From: Candidatus Bathyarchaeota archaeon
Lineage (GTDB): Archaea > Thermoproteota > Bathyarchaeia > Bathyarchaeales > Bathycorpusculaceae
Reading direction: 5' to 3'
Assembly (NCBI GenBank): GCA_963775685.1
Contig: CAVZJV010000014.1
Location: 768,001 to 832,000 of the forward strand
Length of the DNA: 64,000 nt
In this document: positions 62,831 to 64,000 of the stretch, piece by piece
How positions within the stretch are numbered: position 1 is the stretch's first letter
Layout of the letters: each line of letters opens with the position of its first letter
The notes under the pieces: model-generated
Database searches by the model: none
Told to the model about the DNA's origin: nothing
What the model saw: only the letters and a program-made list of their open reading frames with translations
Translations under genes and position numbers: made by a program

Positions 62831-63733
62831 TTAGGTTAAAACTTCGCAACCCTCATCTTTTATCAATAATGTATGCTCGGCTTGAGCCACAGGTTTCTTG
62901 GTTACCTCGACGAAAACAGGATACCCCATAATTGCCTTTGACGCAAATAACTCCTTAAAAGCAGCTTTATGCTGCTCAGCAGGAACAACGCCATTTAGCC
63001 ATCGTTCGGCAAATGGCAGGGTTCGGAAGCTTGTTTCGATGTGCTTGAGCATTTTTTTTGCCGCGTCGCTCTTTGTGGATTTGGCCTTTAGCAAGCGGTA
63101 GATGGTGATTTGGGGTGCGTCTTCCACGATTGCTGTTGCTTCAGGAACTGTAACAAAGGGTTCTATGGCGTAAACTTCGCCTGTTTTGACCTTTGTCAAA
63201 GAAACTTGAGAGATGTTGGGAATGGATGTTCCTGCGTGAATGAGGTATCGTCCAACGCTGTGTCCAGTGAGGTTGCTAATTGGCTTGAAACCGCGGTTTT
63301 TTATGGTTGTTTCGATTAGGCTACCGATTTTTCCCAGCGCCATGTCGCCGTGGATGTTATCTATGACAGTTTTGAGGGCCAGTTCAGCAGTGGCTGCCAT
63401 ACTTCTGCCTTCTGCACCAAAAGCTGCCGTGAACGCGGTGTCGGTCACGTAACCGTCAACTTGCACGCCTAAATCTACTTTGACGGTGGAGCTTTCAGGA
63501 ATCAGCGATATGTCGTTTGGAGGCGAAGTGTAGTGGGCAGCAACCTCATTGATACTGACATTGCAGGGAAACGCTGGTTTACCGCCTTTTTGGCGAATGA
63601 GAGCTTCAGTTTTTTCGCACACGTCAATAATCGGCATGCGTTCCCTAACGTAACTGCGCATTTCTTCTCTGGTTTCGCGAAGGATTTTTCCTGATTGGCG
63701 GAATTTTTCGAGCTCTTCTTTGTCGTAGGGCAT
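62831..63733 (-). CDS. map: Methionine aminopeptidase type II
   Basis: AFPCNVSINEVAAHYT, KVDLGVQVDG..DTA, NLTGH, AIEPF, AQAEHT. Confidence 0.96.
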   Translation of the reverse strand: MPYDKEELEKFRQSGKILRETREEMRSYVRERMPIIDVCEKTEALIRQKGGKPAFPCNVSINEVAAHYTSPPNDISLIPESSTVKVDLGVQVDGYVTDTAFTAAFGAEGRSMAATAELALKTVIDNIHGDMALGKIGSLIETTIKNRGFKPISNLTGHSVGRYLIHAGTSIPNISQVSLTKVKTGEVYAIEPFVTVPEATAIVEDAPQITIYRLLKAKSTKSDAAKKMLKHIETSFRTLPFAERWLNGVVPAEQHKAAFKELFASKAIMGYPVFVEVTKKPVAQAEHTLLIKDEGCEVLT

Positions 63734-63880
63734 GGCAATTCACATTCGTATGAAATTGGTTTATGCATCGGATGCTTAAATGCATAACCACCCAAACCTC
63801 TCAATGCTTAGAAAAAACTGCAGACCCTCTTAGGGCCAAACGGTCTTATTTGAAAAGGAGGAATATGCCCTGTGTTTGAA

Positions 63881-64000
63881 CTAAGGCAAAGTATTTTTGG
63901 TCGTTACTTTACGAAGAAGCGCAACCACCACGATCACAAAGCAGGCAATTACCACAGCCATAACTAAAAGGGCAGTTTGTTCCCAGTCAGACCCAGACAG
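63881..64000 (-). CDS. Partial CDS: C-terminal TM and basic tail of a secreted protein
   Basis: ..DWEQTALLVMAVVIACFVIVVVALLRKVTTKNTLP*; runs off the window edge. Confidence 0.6.
   Translation of the reverse strand: MSGSDWEQTALLVMAVVIACFVIVVVALLRKVTTKNTLP

Overview
Archaeal chromosome segment; the gene content (aRF1-like protein, TrmB/Lrp regulators, type II MAP, DUF1512, stand-alone 5S rRNA, large secreted PQQ-propeller paralogs ending RKRP) best fits Bathyarchaeia, which is an inference. 1-18 kb is an osmotic/acid-stress block: glucosylglycerate genes (GpgS, GpgP, Ggs-like, glycerate kinase), MscS, cation/H+ antiporter, P3A H+-ATPase and ClC, plus an aRF1 paralog with GGSSQ in place of GGQ and a decayed glycogen phosphorylase. 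About 18-56.3 kb is an accretion island at the 3' end of tRNA-Leu(CAG): one tyrosine integrase abuts the tRNA, a 35-bp att repeat lies 23.5 kb away, and older units survive as integrase C-terminal stubs beside tRNA-3' fragments that share a conserved ~35-nt arm. Cargo is dominated by four paralogous ~870-920 aa secreted beta-propeller proteins, and also includes a DUF1508-MscL fusion, a HEPN-like + TM pair and many decayed genes. 56.4-64 kb holds an arsenic cluster, a PQQ-repeat protein, 5S rRNA and core genes. All calls come from reading the sequence; no database searches were run.
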